DNA of 64,000 nucleotides from Camelus ferus (Eukaryota), in contig NC_045696.1 of assembly GCF_009834535.1 (NCBI RefSeq), positions 101,000,001 to 101,064,000 on the forward strand, read 5' to 3'. Shown here one piece after another: positions 39,406 through 52,520 of the stretch (the stretch's first letter is position 1; every line of letters starts with the position of its first letter). The position numbers and the translations under genes are program-made. The notes beneath the pieces were generated by a model that worked only from the letters and a program-made list of their open reading frames with translations, was not told the DNA's origin and made no database searches.

Positions 39406-39585
39406 CAGTGGCTTCTCAATGTGGACAAGCAAGATCAGCCTCACCTGGTAACTTGTTAGGAATGAAAATTCTCAGGCCTTGTGCAGACCTACTGAATCAG
39501 AAATTCTGGGAGTAGGACCCAGCAATCTGTGTTTTAACAGGCCCTCCTGGTGGTTCTGATTCATGCCAAGATTTAAGAAGCACAG
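39406..39585 (+). mobile_element. MER5A hAT-Charlie MITE
   Basis: cagtggcttctcaa...agacctactgaatcagaaattctggg...cccagcaatctgtgttttaacaggccctcc. Confidence 0.92.
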
Positions 39586-42500
39586 GAGTAGTAAGACTGA
39601 ACTCAACCACCTAGGAAATTGTGTGTATTGGAAAGAGTCATGAGTCAGCAGCACTGAGTTTTAGGTGCTGAACTGTGAGTTTGGCTTTGAAAGAAGATGA
39701 GATACGTGATTAGGGCCGGCAACCCAGCTCCCCAGGACTTCGTAAGACTTTACAAAAATTTGTAAGTCTAGTGGGGAGCAGAGTTTACCTCAAGCCATTG
39801 AGTGTGGAAGAAATAGATACTGAAGAAAACATAGGGGCTAATGAGGCTGAACAATTTGGTTGCAGACTCTAGAAAACAAGGAGGAAGTCAGTTACCAGAG
39901 CTAAAAGTCAAGGAGGCAGGAGCCAAATTCCTATTCAAGATCAGATTCGTCTGTACTGCTCCATCTAATTACTAACCATCTGCCCAGCACATGAGAGTGG
40001 TGCAGGGTCACCTGTGGTCTGCAGCCTAGGGCAAGTGGCCAGATGAAGGCAGTGACTTCCACTAAAGCAGGAAAATGATGCACTGCAAAGGATGCAAAAT
40101 ACACTGGTACTCCAAAACCCTAATTTTCCCTTTTGTATCTTGGAGAGTCACCTTGAAGATGGCTTCTGAAATTTGTATTCTAAGAACTGAAATTGTGTTA
40201 TTAGTGTAAAAACACAGACTAGTGAGCAAGAGAGTGAGAGAAGAGTAAGAACGAGAGAGAAAGAGAGCATCAGCAACAATGACAAGAATTCATTCATACA
40301 TCATTAATTTCTGTGTTATTTTACTCTGAACAAAAACTAATTCAGAGCATGTCCATGCAATAAGAAAATGACAGTCAAAGACACATCAAAATAGGGAAAT
40401 CAACTTAAGAACAAGATGACCCTATTCACCCACTTCAGCCTTTTGCCATGATGGTGCTGGCTGTCAAAACTCAATTGCAATCGCCACCAAAAATACTTGA
40501 TCTACAACGATGACAAATGTATTACATCCTCATTTTAAATAGGAGTTACAGTATTATTTTCATAATTCAGTGTCATCATTTCCATGTCCCCTTTATGTGA
40601 CCACCTTCTACAAAACAGATAATATGCTAGAAACTTAGCACACAAAATAAATAGGCCACTGCCTCTATCCACAAAAATCAATGTCACTTTTTATTAATTG
40701 ATTAACATTCCAACTTTTTGCTTCTCTTGCTTTAGTGCAAAAGAAATCTCCAGTGATGAGGATTTCTGATTGCTCAGAAAATCTCTTGCAAAGTGCTCCA
40801 GACCCTACAGGGCTCACAGGTTTATCTAGTAAACACAGGAACTCACTTTTTAGAGTCCTTATGAATAAAGTTTGAATTTTCAGAAATGGCCTCAGGCAAT
40901 ACAGATATGTGACTGGAATACTGAAGGACAAAGTCTGAATATGCAGTCAGTCATTTATGTTTGTATAGTATATCAATGTCTAGACATGTATATGACACAA
41001 GCTTTTAACCACTAACTGTGGCTGTCTATGCAACAATTTGTTAGCGCAAAAATCCTTTTGTCCATCATTATAGATACGATTTATACTTAAAATATTTGAC
41101 TTTTGAGTTCCCTGTTGTGTAGCTTTAATAGTTTAGCATCATTTCTGTTTGCTCCGGGTAAAACTCTACTTTTTTACAGGCTTTTTCTTACTTCTTCTGA
41201 GCATGTTTCCAAATATTTCCAGTATATCCTTAAAATGTTATTTGTTTATTTAAATTGATTATAGCATTCCAAAATTGGTCCTATAAAATATTCTTCTTGG
41301 TGAAGAAAACAAACACACAAACACACACTGGCTACATAAAGGGAAGGAATTTGCTTTAAATGAAAACTGTTACAAGGATATGTACTAGGTTGGAGTGTTC
41401 AACATTTATCATTCAAAGTGGTATTAAGAACATTTGGTGCCTGAAGATATGTATTAACAGAAAAATGAAAAGCACATATAAGATGATTAAACAGATGATT
41501 ATTTTCTTCTTCCTCTTAGTTTAAGTTTATAGCAGTGAGAAAATAAAAAATTTGATTCAAAGTTGGAGTATTATATCTTAGTAGATAAGAGAATTAAATA
41601 AATGCAGATTTCAGGATTTGAATTTGGAAATAATGTTTCTTTTTCACAATTTTAAAAGGTATTTTCACATGATGTTAGAGTGGCACAGTGTACCTGCAAC
41701 TGAATATATTTAATTTTTCAACAATTGGAATAGAGCTTATAAAAAATTATAGACAAAAGTAATCCCATGCCATTTGACATAAAACCATAAATTATTTAAA
41801 ACTATTTAATTCCTCATCAATTAGTTAAATTGAACCACAGATATTTGAGTCAAATATTGTCGGTCTGAGTGACACTTGCTTAAGAGAAGCATTTCAAACC
41901 AAAATTTTCACTTACATTTAAACTACTGTACTCATAACTTACCAATATTACATATTTAAATTCATTTGAAGAAGAAAGTGGGTGCCTCTTCAAATTTTTG
42001 GTCTGCCTTTTCTTCATAACTATTTTAAACTATTTTATTACAGTAAGTAACTAGAATATCCTGTTAATAAGCAATTACTCTATCTCCATTAAAAAAAAAT
42101 GCCTGAAGTAAACGTGAAGATTTTGCATCTATGCAGATCTCATACTAAAAAAAAAAAAAAATGTACTTCTTTTTGACAAAGGTGCTTCCATTTCTACACT
42201 CTAAGTTAAATATCCAAACTTTTGGCTAAGAAGTTGAGACAAAACATAACACAAACTTAGGTCTAAATCTAAACTCTATCTCACCCTCCTCACCAGCTCC
42301 AACTACAGCCTTCTCAGTTCAAGACAATTTCATATCTTCTAGTTGCTTCAGGTCCAAAAGTTTTTCTCTCACACCCTAAATGTACTTTTTCAGGAAGCCC
42401 TGCTTCTCTTCTACCAAAATCATATCTAGATTCTGATGATTCATCACCTTCCTCCATGGACACCACACTGATCCAAGCAGGAATTATTGCAATAGCCACC

Positions 42501-42823
42501 CAACTGGTCCACCTGCTACACCTACACCCTCATACGCATTCTCAACTAACAGCCCCGGTGAGCCTTTCAAGTTAGATATCAGATGATGTCATTGCCTTAA
42601 GCAGATTATTTCATGGCTCCTCTTTCAATCGGTCTAAAAGTCATATTTCTTTTTATGGCCCATAAGGCCCTACAAACCCTTATACCGCCTCACTTACTCC
42701 CTTCCAACCACAGTGGCTTACTTGTTTATACCACTGTCTAGGAAAACTTCAGCTGGAGGGCTTTTGCTCTGGTGGGTTCCTTTGGCTCAAAGCTGTTTAC
42801 AAAAATATCCTGGCTTACCTTCT

Positions 42824-43317
42824 TGTGAAAAATTACCTTAAATTTAGAAACAAGGCCAAAAATCTTAAAAAGATGAGTGTTACAACCCTTCTTTGTCATT
42901 TGGAGCATTATTTGACAGGCCCATCCAAGGATTACTTAAAGGAATGCTCCTTGTTGGCTTCAATGTTTACTCTTGAGGATTGAAAAAAGATTTGGTGAAG
43001 ATTTAGTAAAATTGCATATTGACCTGCTGATCTTTGACCAGTAAGAGACACATAATTTCTCTCTAGTAGAAACTAAAGTCCCACAGATTATGGCTTAAAG
43101 TTCAGAAGACATTTACAAGTTTGGTATCTAACCTAGCCAGTTCATTCTAACATTTCTTACTAAATTACCTATAAATCCCACTCTTTGCAAAATGCTCTTT
43201 GATGAACCCATCTTACTGAGCCCTCATTAATTACTGATTAGAATAAGGTCTTTGGTATATGCATATTTTATATTTGTATGAAAGCTATGCTTTAACTTTT
43301 TAAAAATTAGACTTTCA
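42824..43317. mobile_element. Probable solo LTR (ERV1-like, family not identified)
   Basis: About 490-bp block interrupting L2, bounded by tgtgaaa...tttca; no clear TSD. Confidence 0.45.
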
Positions 43318-43384
43318 TAGAATGTTATCTTCTTCAAATATTTGTGTAAAGATCACTTTCTCAGTAAGTCCTATACTTAGCATT

Positions 43385-43506
43385 CTATAATGAAAAAGAG
43401 TATAAAAAGGAATATATGTATATATGTATAACTAATCACTATGCTGTACACCAGATATGAACACAATGTAAATCAACTATACTTCAATAAAAAAAAAGAA
43501 AAAAAA
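43385..43506 (+). mobile_element. Artiodactyl-type L1 extreme 3' end with poly(A)
   Basis: tatgtataactaatcactatgctgtacacc...tgtaaatcaactatacttcaataaaaaaaa. Confidence 0.85.
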
Positions 43507-43684
43507 TGCTATACAGCTCATCTCCAGTGCCTCCTATCACCTTCCTTGTTATTTTCTTTCAAAGTGCTTCTCAGCATCTGACCTTTTATATAATTCATTG
43601 TTATGTTAATATTCTTTCTCCCTCCTGTTAGAATATAAGTTCTGTAAGAGCATAATTTTTCCTGTCTTTTGGCTCACTGATGTA

Positions 43685-44295
43685 CAATTAGTTCTGCTAT
43701 AACACAATGTATGTGTTCCTAAAAATCACTGCAAATGCAAAATTGCACAATACAAATCACAGGGTTTGTGGGGGAAAATGGGGTTAAGGGCACAAACTCA
43801 AAAACTTTGTCAGTGACATGTTTAAAGAATAACACAGATTTACACAGGTTAATTGGACAAGACATATGTAAACACTATGCTAAATATGGTGTTTTACCTT
43901 GAAGAACACTGAAGTTTGTTTGTGGACGTGGCCTTTAGAAGGTTTACAGTTGGTGATTATAATAAAGTAGTGGAAGGAGGTTCATTTACATCAAATGGCA
44001 AGTTATCACACCAGATGTAGATGAGCATGTCTTATAACACACGTGGGGAACTGCGGCAGCTGGTGGAAGTTTGAAGTGTGTGAAGTATGTGTATTAGTGT
44101 TGTGTGTGCATGTTTTTATGTTCCTATGAGATTTGTGCAGCAGGGTGTAGTTTACTGTATTCACCAAGTGTTTCTCCTTAAGGAAACTAAGCATAGACAA
44201 ATGTAAAGTTGATGCTAGGATCAAATTTTTCCCTAATAGAACAATTGCATTCAAATATGTGCATATTTCCCAAACAAGCGTAACAGAACTGACTG
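43685..44295 (-). mobile_element. Tigger8-like DNA transposon, near full length
   Basis: Terminal inverted repeats caattagttctgcta / taacagaactgactg with a TA duplication on both sides. Confidence 0.85.
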
Positions 44296-47029
44296 TATCC
44301 CCAGATCCTAGAACACTAACTTGCACATGGTATGCACTCAATATACATATGTTCATAAATGACCCAGTAAGTGAACCAGTAAAATGTATTTCCTCGTATC
44401 ACAGCTTACATTCCCCAGAAAAGGGTGAGCAGACAGAAACGACTCACAGAAAATTTGGTTTCCATTCAGCTAATACGAGTATTATGTGCATACACAATAA
44501 AATAAAAATGAATTGCAAGTATTTTACTTCAAGGAAAAATTAAATTATACGGGCTAGAGATATTTTAACCTAGTGATTAGTGCCTGGCTGAGAGATGTAG
44601 GTAATTGAAATGTCCAAGATATAGTACATTAGTTTGAAAAAGCATATTCAATGTTTTATCAAAATTTCACATTTTTAAAGCAACCACCAAAACAACTAGT
44701 CTTAAATGGACTACAAAAAGTAAAACATAGTTTTTCATGTGTGGTGATATTTACATATTTACATAATAAGCTTTTCTCAGTGTCCCCTACGGCTGCTTAT
44801 TATTCCAGATAAAAATGAATTTTTTAAAATTTATCAAGAAGGGCATGGGCTTTGAAAGAATAAGAATGACTCTACCTAGTATAGCACATTAATTATTATT
44901 GTCCTGTACCTGAGTGACTGCAGCCCAAATAATTAATAGGTATTTAAAAAATGCATTATTGTGAAATAAAAGTGACTAAAACAATCACATATCTGAAAGC
45001 TGTTGTGGTCACAGGCTTATTGACTACCCTGATTAGATCTTGGTAGAGACAAAAGAATTTTTCATTTAAGAAATTTTTGTTCTCAAGGAGCATAAAGACA
45101 TTAACAGGATTATTTCCTCAAGCATTTGTCATATACTACCTGTCAATAAATCACCATAAAAATTCTCAGTACCATCCACCTCAGCACAAAACACACAATT
45201 CAGATATTCATCTTTCATTTCTTTGAATTTTTTTCTGGATAGTAGAAGGAAATGCTTAAACAGTAATCCAATGTACAATTTGGCAATAACAAAATGCACA
45301 CAGAGAATCCACATTCTTTGTTAATGCTAAATGGTTCAAATTTAACTGTTGGTTCAGAGTATAGTTTTTGGAGGTTACAACAACGCCTACCATCCATCTT
45401 CATTCCAACAGAAAACACACAATTACCATTCCCACAAGCCAGGCTAAATAAACATACAATCTCATCAAGAACAGAGAGCTTAGTAATAAGTGCAACCTAG
45501 CACCTCCTTTCATCACTATGCCAATTTTAAGACCATCCTAATTAGAAGTCCTGAAGCAGCCACAGAACACAATATACTAAAGTCTCACTTGGATGTATTT
45601 ACCTTTTATAATCAATTGATAGAGGTGTTTGAATTTATGTAGTCAGAAGTGAAAGAGACAATGTCTTTTAGTAATCAAATTTATATTCTGTAATTACTTC
45701 TAATTTGTGAAATTACTTCTAATTTCTATCTGACTCCTTTTAAGTATTTTATTTTCTCAGTTTCAAATTTTTAGACTTGATCAGTCTAATTCTTTTTGTA
45801 GTAAATACACAGAGGTTTTGCTGCTGATACTGGCAGGAAGGCTTGTGGAAAGGTGGACAGAAATAAAATCATGTGTGTGTAAAGGAAAATGTTCTACTTA
45901 CGCAGCATTTGCCTAGTAGATATCGGAAAGACTGTTGAGTTTCATCACAATTGGCTTAAAAAGCTGAAGCCAAAAAAGGACCATAAACTTTTGGTGATTC
46001 TAGGATACCAGATGAGAATTGGATCTAGTGCACTGAAGACATTATTCTGAACAATGAATAATGGAACATGTTTTCATCCAACTGAGTATAGACCTACATG
46101 CTTACCTCATACTACCAAGAGTACTAGTTTTTCATTCTTAATCAGCACTACCACCACGAACATCACCTTCTTTTTGGCAATTAAAATTCCTCTATCTTTC
46201 CTCTTAGCAAACTACACAGTGAATTTCTTCACTGGCCAGTATTCCCTTGCCTGACAAATTAATAGCTCCATTGCAAAGTTGTTTTTAGTTCCAGTGGTCT
46301 TTATTTTATTTATTTTTGATGTATGCAAGCTATAAATTCTATGATAGATTAACTACCTTAAAAAATTTTTAATTTTACATTAAGAATTATTTTCCTGCAT
46401 TTTTCAAGCATTTTATTTGCATCAAATAAAACTAATGAAAACCTAACATACTCTGCCCTACTGATAGCGTCTGAGACTGTGCTGATTTCTATTATTTTGT
46501 AAATTATTACATCATTTCTATGCACATTATAATTAATACCCTGTGGCTAGAGATAAGTTTATTCTTACTGATTGAAAAGACTGTAAAGTCGATGACACAT
46601 TTAAACATTGGTTTTAGTTTTTTGAACAATATTCCTGACTGTTAATGTCAAGCCACTAAAGTTAGATTTTTTAAAAAGGGAGCACAAATAATAGAAGGCA
46701 AAGTAAAGAATGACTTGCTAAGAGGAGAATATTTTTTTCTTTTTAAAGTGGTAGCATTTTTAAATTCTCCATTTCTTTTTAATATGTAAAAGAAATTTAA
46801 AGAATGGCTATTAAAGTTTTTTGTGTTTGTTTTTGTGTTATTATATAGGAAACGTCAAAGAAAGATATGAGGTTATCTTTAAATATGAAGTTGTATTCTA
46901 AATATATTATACCATGTCATTTAACATTCTCTAAGATTAATTTTATGTGCTTATTTTTTATTGTCAAGGTAATACAAGTTCATTTAAAGAAATTTTGAAA
47001 AATGAAATATACAGATATAAACAGAAAGT

Positions 47030-48340
47030 TGGGCTTCTGCCTCAGATATAGAAAGCTTGAAAGAATGTCATTCCCTGAGCAAAAAATAGTAAATAAAATA
47101 CAAAATCATAAATTTTCTTGAGGCTATCTAGGAGCTGAGGTTCACAGGAAAGCAGGTATCAATACTGAAGCCAAGGACAACAGACCCCCTCAAAGCCAGA
47201 CTGGCTGTATGCACTAGCTCACCTGTGACTGGACCCTGAAGGAAAAGGGACTGAGGCCATATAAGCAGGTGAGAAGTCAGATCAAACTGGTAACAAATCA
47301 CAAGTGGCCAAGTCGGGGCTATGCTGGAGTATAGCTCCCCTAGGAGCTCAGACAAAAGAGGAGTTTGCACCCTCCACAGCTTCTGCTTCTTCTGCATGGT
47401 CCTCTACGGGGTGCCACAGAGGAGGATGGTGAAGGATGAGAGATTAATTGGAGATGGCCTCCCATAATGGTGCAGACTTGGACTTTATAAATATTTGAAA
47501 ATTAGAAACTTCACCAAAAATAGATATCTCTAGGGGAAATGATCCCATAAAAAGATGCTGAACACTACTATTATTGGGGAAAGGTAAATTAAACAACACT
47601 GAACTATCACTACATGGCTTTTAGTTAATTGTTATTTTTAGTAAAAACAAAACGATAATACCAATGGCTGACAAATATTAGAGCAACTGGACCTCACATA
47701 CTTTGCTTGTGGGAATGCTAAATAATACACCCATTTAGGAAAACAGTTTGACAGTTCCTTATAAAGATAAAAATTCACTTCATATGACCAGAATTCCCAC
47801 TTGTGAATGTTTATCCAAAACAAAAGAAAACTTATGTTTACAGAAAAACTTATGCATTAATGTTATCAAAAGATTTATTCAAAATTTACAGAACACTGGA
47901 CAGAACCTAAATGATCTACCACCTGTGAATGTATAGACACACTGTGGTATGTCCATGTGATAGATTACCATTGAGAAAAAATAAAGAGATTGATCAACTG
48001 ATTTAGACTGCAATACTGAGGAATATCAAATTTGTTATGGTAAGTGAAAGAAGAAATACTCAAAAAGTTCATACTTCATTTATATGACATATAATTTAGT
48101 TTATATGATATTCTGGAAAAGACAAGTCTATAGGAACATAAAAGAGATCAGTGGTTGCTAGTGGGAGGGAGTGTATAGGAAAGAAACTAAACAGGGACAT
48201 GACAGGAGTTCGGGGGTAACAAAATATTCCACATTTCGATCATGGTGATGGTTATATAATTATATGTCTTTGTCAAAACTCACAGAACTCTAAATTAAAA
48301 AGGCTGGATTTTACCAAATGTAATAAATCTCAGTTTAAAA
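47030..48340 (+). mobile_element. Old L1: 5'UTR-like segment (to about 47480) joined to 3' ORF2/3'UTR
   Basis: 5' gggcttctgcc...gagctgaggttcacagg; 3' gagcaactggacctcacatactttgc...gatcagtggttgcta...ttgtcaaaactcacagaact. Confidence 0.8.
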
Positions 48341-48429
48341 ATAATTATCACTTATCAATTCATTACAGCTTGATAGCTAACATGAATTAAGGATTTATAT
48401 ACATGCATATGTCAACTAACAGCCACCAA

Positions 48430-48665
48430 TTTATTTGCCCCTTGTGTTCAATATATTCTTCAAATTAATATGTAAGCATTAACTTATTTCATTTTCAAAG
48501 TAACCTTATAAGGAAGGTATGACTGTTGTCACCATTTTATAGTTGGGCAAACTTAGGCTCAAGATGTTGTATAAGTCACTCAGTTTCAGCAAGTCTGTCA
48601 CTAGCAATGCAAGGGCTGGAACACAGACAATCTGGGGCCAAAAACCAATGCTATAATCTCATTAC
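48430..48665 (-). mobile_element. MIR SINE
   Basis: aaccttataaggaaggta...ccattttatagttgggcaaacttaggctca. Confidence 0.8.
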
Positions 48666-48879
48666 ATAGTTATATGTTTATATGGAAGTAATGTATAGTT
48701 ATATACTAGGAATATATAGTTTTCAATATATATGTAAAATTACATATTTTTATGCTATTGTCATATACCAAATAATTTTGAAAATGATGATACTCATGAT
48801 ATCATTATATAACAGGGAGAAAAGGGAGAAAAGCATACACAGAGGAAATTATATATATATATTTATATATAGATATACA

Positions 48880-49533
48880 CAGTTGATCCTCACTACTTGT
48901 GGTAGTTATATCTATAAAGTCTCCACAAACACTGAATTAGCAAATACTGAATCATTGTCCCTAAGTGAAACGCAGGGTTAGGTGCCTGCGAACCTCTGGT
49001 CACAAAATTCCCATCAACTGATCAATGTATAATCTTGCTTTTTGTGTTTCTATTCTAAAGCGCTTTATTTCCTATAGTTTGTTGATTTGTTGGCATTGAA
49101 CTCACAGTCTGCAGCACTATAATTCATGCCTGAACGAATCTTATGTAACACTCAAAATTTTCTCCATAAGGGACATCACAGCCTCTTAGAAACACTAAAC
49201 AGCTCTCCAGCACTATCCTTAGGAGCCATTTTAAACATCAAAACCACCCATCAAAAGTACAAAAATGCAAAAAACATGACATCTAATATGCAGCACAAAG
49301 GAGGCTTGTTTACAGTATGAGAACCAAGACAAAAAGTCAGAAATTCACCTTGACCAATTGCAGTGGGAATTTTTGATTGAGGCCATTCAAACTCGTTCAC
49401 TCCTCAGTATATACACATGTCAGGGGATGACTAAGAACTCATTTCAAGTATTGATTTAAGGTTATACATTTGTTTTAGCAAACAGGCCAACTGTCATATA
49501 AGGAATATGCTAATAAGTAATGAGGATCAACTC
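48880..49533 (+). mobile_element. MER82-like Tigger DNA transposon
   Basis: TIRs cagttgatcctca / tgaggatcaact; internal acactgaattagcaaatactgaa...cagggttaggtgcctgcgaacctctggtcac. Confidence 0.85.
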
Positions 49534-49764
49534 TGTGTGTGTGTGTATAATCTCTATATAAGTTTTTTTTTTATTTTTAGTACTATATTACAAGCATTTT
49601 CATCTCAAAATTTTTTGAAGTCATGCTTTGAAATTTCTGTATTTGGTATATAATACTAGCATATGATTAATCAATTAACCAGATATTTTTAAGAATCAAG
49701 ATTTTTCATTTCTTTAGAATTACACATAATTTTTTCAATGACTAATTTCTCTTTTTTTCCCCTA

Positions 49765-49892
49765 ATCTATCTTGCACTAGGAGTCATGTAGTCAAGCGTA
49801 TTTTGCTGTTTTGCTTACTGTTAGATCCTCTTTCCTAGGGCCATTCCTAGAACATAGTAGGTGTTCAATTAATGTTTGAATGAATAAATAAA
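49765..49892 (+). mobile_element. L2 3'-end fragment
   Basis: acatagtaggtgttcaattaatgtttgaatgaataaat. Confidence 0.7.
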
Positions 49893-51974
49893 TACACTTC
49901 AACATCTATGGGATGAGGAGATCTGGATTCTCTGACATAGTCTCAAGGGGAAAAGAAAAAAAAATCTTTCATACTTAATAAGAAATGTGTTAGTCTTAAG
50001 AGTGAAAAAAGAAGAGAATTCTATGGTTAAAATTAATCCTCATGTTTACTGTCAATCTCAGAGCATATCCATCCATATGAGAGCACAATAATAAAGAGTT
50101 TCTATTTTTAGGTATTTGAAAGGGGATTAAATTTTCTGTCTATAAATTATTATTTTTTCAGAAATGATTAAAAATGATGCCTGCCACTTTTGAAGTTATA
50201 TATAGTTTAATGTCAATATGACAACATAATCTATTTACATATCCGACAAAGCCTTCTATCTGTATAGAAGGAATCTATAACTAATGTGATTATTCTATGC
50301 ATTCTGTTATGTAAACACTATATAATCTAGTGCTGTGCATAGCAATGGTAAATATAATTACTTGAACTTTAGATAAAAATAAAGGGTCTGACCAAGTGAG
50401 CCAGAAAGAATCACTAAATGCATTTTGTTGAATGAGATAAATGTCCCTTATGACCAACCTAGCTTAAGTTCAACAACCCATTAGCAAGGGAAGTTCTCAC
50501 ATGGGTAGAATTTGCTTTTGCTGTTTCCTCTCAAAGGTTTAGTTACATGAATGCCAGTTTCCTAAGAAAGTAGGTCAATCTGGTCAAGAATATTTGAGTG
50601 AAATAGAAAAGCACAGTGGTGCCTATTGATTAAATGTATGGTCTCCGTTTTGCTTTAGGGAAAATACAAACCCTGAATGCTTCCTTAACAAATCGCTGAG
50701 TTCCGGCTCATATAACTCAGCCTCTAGAAACACAACTGAAAGTATTAATTATTAGAATCAACTAATCTACACTGACCGAACCATAATTCAACTTACAATT
50801 TGTATGAATATTTGAATCTGTTCCTCTACCGTCCATAAAGATGGCTATAAGAAAAATTGTTTTAGTCATTCAGTTGGATTTTCTGATATGCATAGAAAAT
50901 GTTCAAAATAATTCATGCTTATGGCTGTCTACTAGATTTAGCACAAGAATATGTTTATTGACCTTGACACAAAATATATTCCATGAAATGGTAGGTGTGA
51001 AAGGAAATGAAAAATGAGTAAGAAGTGAAGAAATGAATATGATTTGTGAAAAAAAAATTCAGTAAGTTTATAAATAAAAATAGTAGAGAAAAAGTAATGG
51101 TGGAAAGTTGTTGCTGTTGTTTTAAAATTTTGTTTTAAGCTTTGGAGACATTAGAGTGTGTCTGTGTGCTTATGGGGATGGCCTATGTAAGAAAAAGGAA
51201 AGGATATATGGGAATTCATCCAAACCAAATGCAGAAGAAAAGCAGTCTCTGCTAACTCTATTTCATTTAAATAATGTAATAAAGTGCTATGAGGAATATT
51301 AATTTCAGTTAATAGTATGCTAAAGATAAAACCAAAGAAAAGGAATCTAAATCATTTTTAGTTTGAGGAAACATTACCATGTGGTGACATCAATACTAAA
51401 TTAAGAAAAGGAATATATATAATTTTTATTTTAGCATTTAATATTATATTTTATAGTTTCAAAAAGAAAGACAAAATAATTGAATAACTCCTAAATGTTG
51501 AATTGTCTTATTTATTTAATAAACAATTATTATTTATTAAATACATGTGTTAAATTATTTATCAATTAATTTTTCATATTTTATTTCTTTTATTCCTCTA
51601 GATAAAAATTAGAGGATTCTCATTTTTAAATAAAGGGCTCTGACAATATAATGTTGAAGCTTTAACAGGATGAAAATTCAGGTCAAAAGCAGGATCCTTG
51701 GTAGATTGTTGTAGACACAGAAAGTAGAAAACTATTTAAATATAGGCACAGGTCACAAATCCTCCCTGAAATATCTTCTGCCACTGATAGGATAAACCTA
51801 ATAAACTAAATATTATGTCACTATTCACAGCAATATTAGCAGGGGTGATGAGAGCATGCATCAGCAAAGGACCTCCTGAAAAGAAATTTGGTCTTAAACA
51901 CAGGTGTTTTAGAAGGTTTTAACTGAAATGATGAAACTGAGAAATTTCACATCTTGAATCTGGTCTAGGGTCGT

Positions 51975-52520
51975 GCTGGGAAAAGATTATCCATGAATAT
52001 TTTCACATTTCTGCACACAGTCTAGGCTTGATGAGCCAAGGGCTAAGATAAAAGATGACTGAATAGCAACTATGCCTTGGAAGTTAGTGGTAGTGAATTA
52101 CTCCGGGGAGATTCAGAGACTTATCTTCCCAGAGCCATTTGCTTCCATTCCAGGACTGTGAAGCTAGAGAGCTTCCCCTCCCCTCTTCCTCCCTTGCTCA
52201 AACATCTGTTTATATTCCACAGCAAACTTTCTCTGTCTCTGTCTCCTTCCCTTCATCTCCCTCCACACTTCAAACAGAAGGGGCAGCTCCGCCACCCAAC
52301 CCAATGTCATCTCCCAGTCTCATAATTTCAGCCTTGGTTCTATGTTGCACCCCACTGCACACGCAGGGTACTATTAACTCCAACATCCATGAAGATTGGG
52401 CCTCCGGGAACAAACTGATGCTAAGATGCTCGGTCAGTAATAAGTTATCTGTTCTCTGATCCAGAGACCTGATGTTTCCTGTCAGAATATGAATTGCAAT
52501 AAACAGTAATTTCTTGGCAA
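51975..52520 (+). mobile_element. ERVL LTR (MER21/68/76/77 group)
   Basis: ttttcacatttctgca...ccttggaagttagtggtagtgaatt...ccactgcacacgcagg...agtaataagttatctgttctctgatccagagacctgatgt; homologous to 18195-18682. Confidence 0.7.

Larger units (their letters stand above)
42230..44362 (+). mobile_element. L2 3' region, split by three younger insertions
   Basis: ccacactgatccaagc...tcagatgatgtcattgcc...ggcccataaggccctaca; resumes near 43325 (cactttctcagtaag) and at 44296 (tatccccagatcctagaaca...gcactcaata). Confidence 0.85.

Noticed and set aside
39745..39770. Short imperfect inverted repeat agactttacaaa...tttgtaagtct
   Set aside because: About 11-bp AT-rich arms with a bulge: expected by chance and too short for a pre-miRNA.
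52304..52432. Signal-peptide-like ORF as a bona fide secreted-protein first exon
   Set aside because: It lies inside an LTR homologous to 18195-18682 and has a weak Kozak context. Not called as CDS; kept only as a low-scoring hypothesis.
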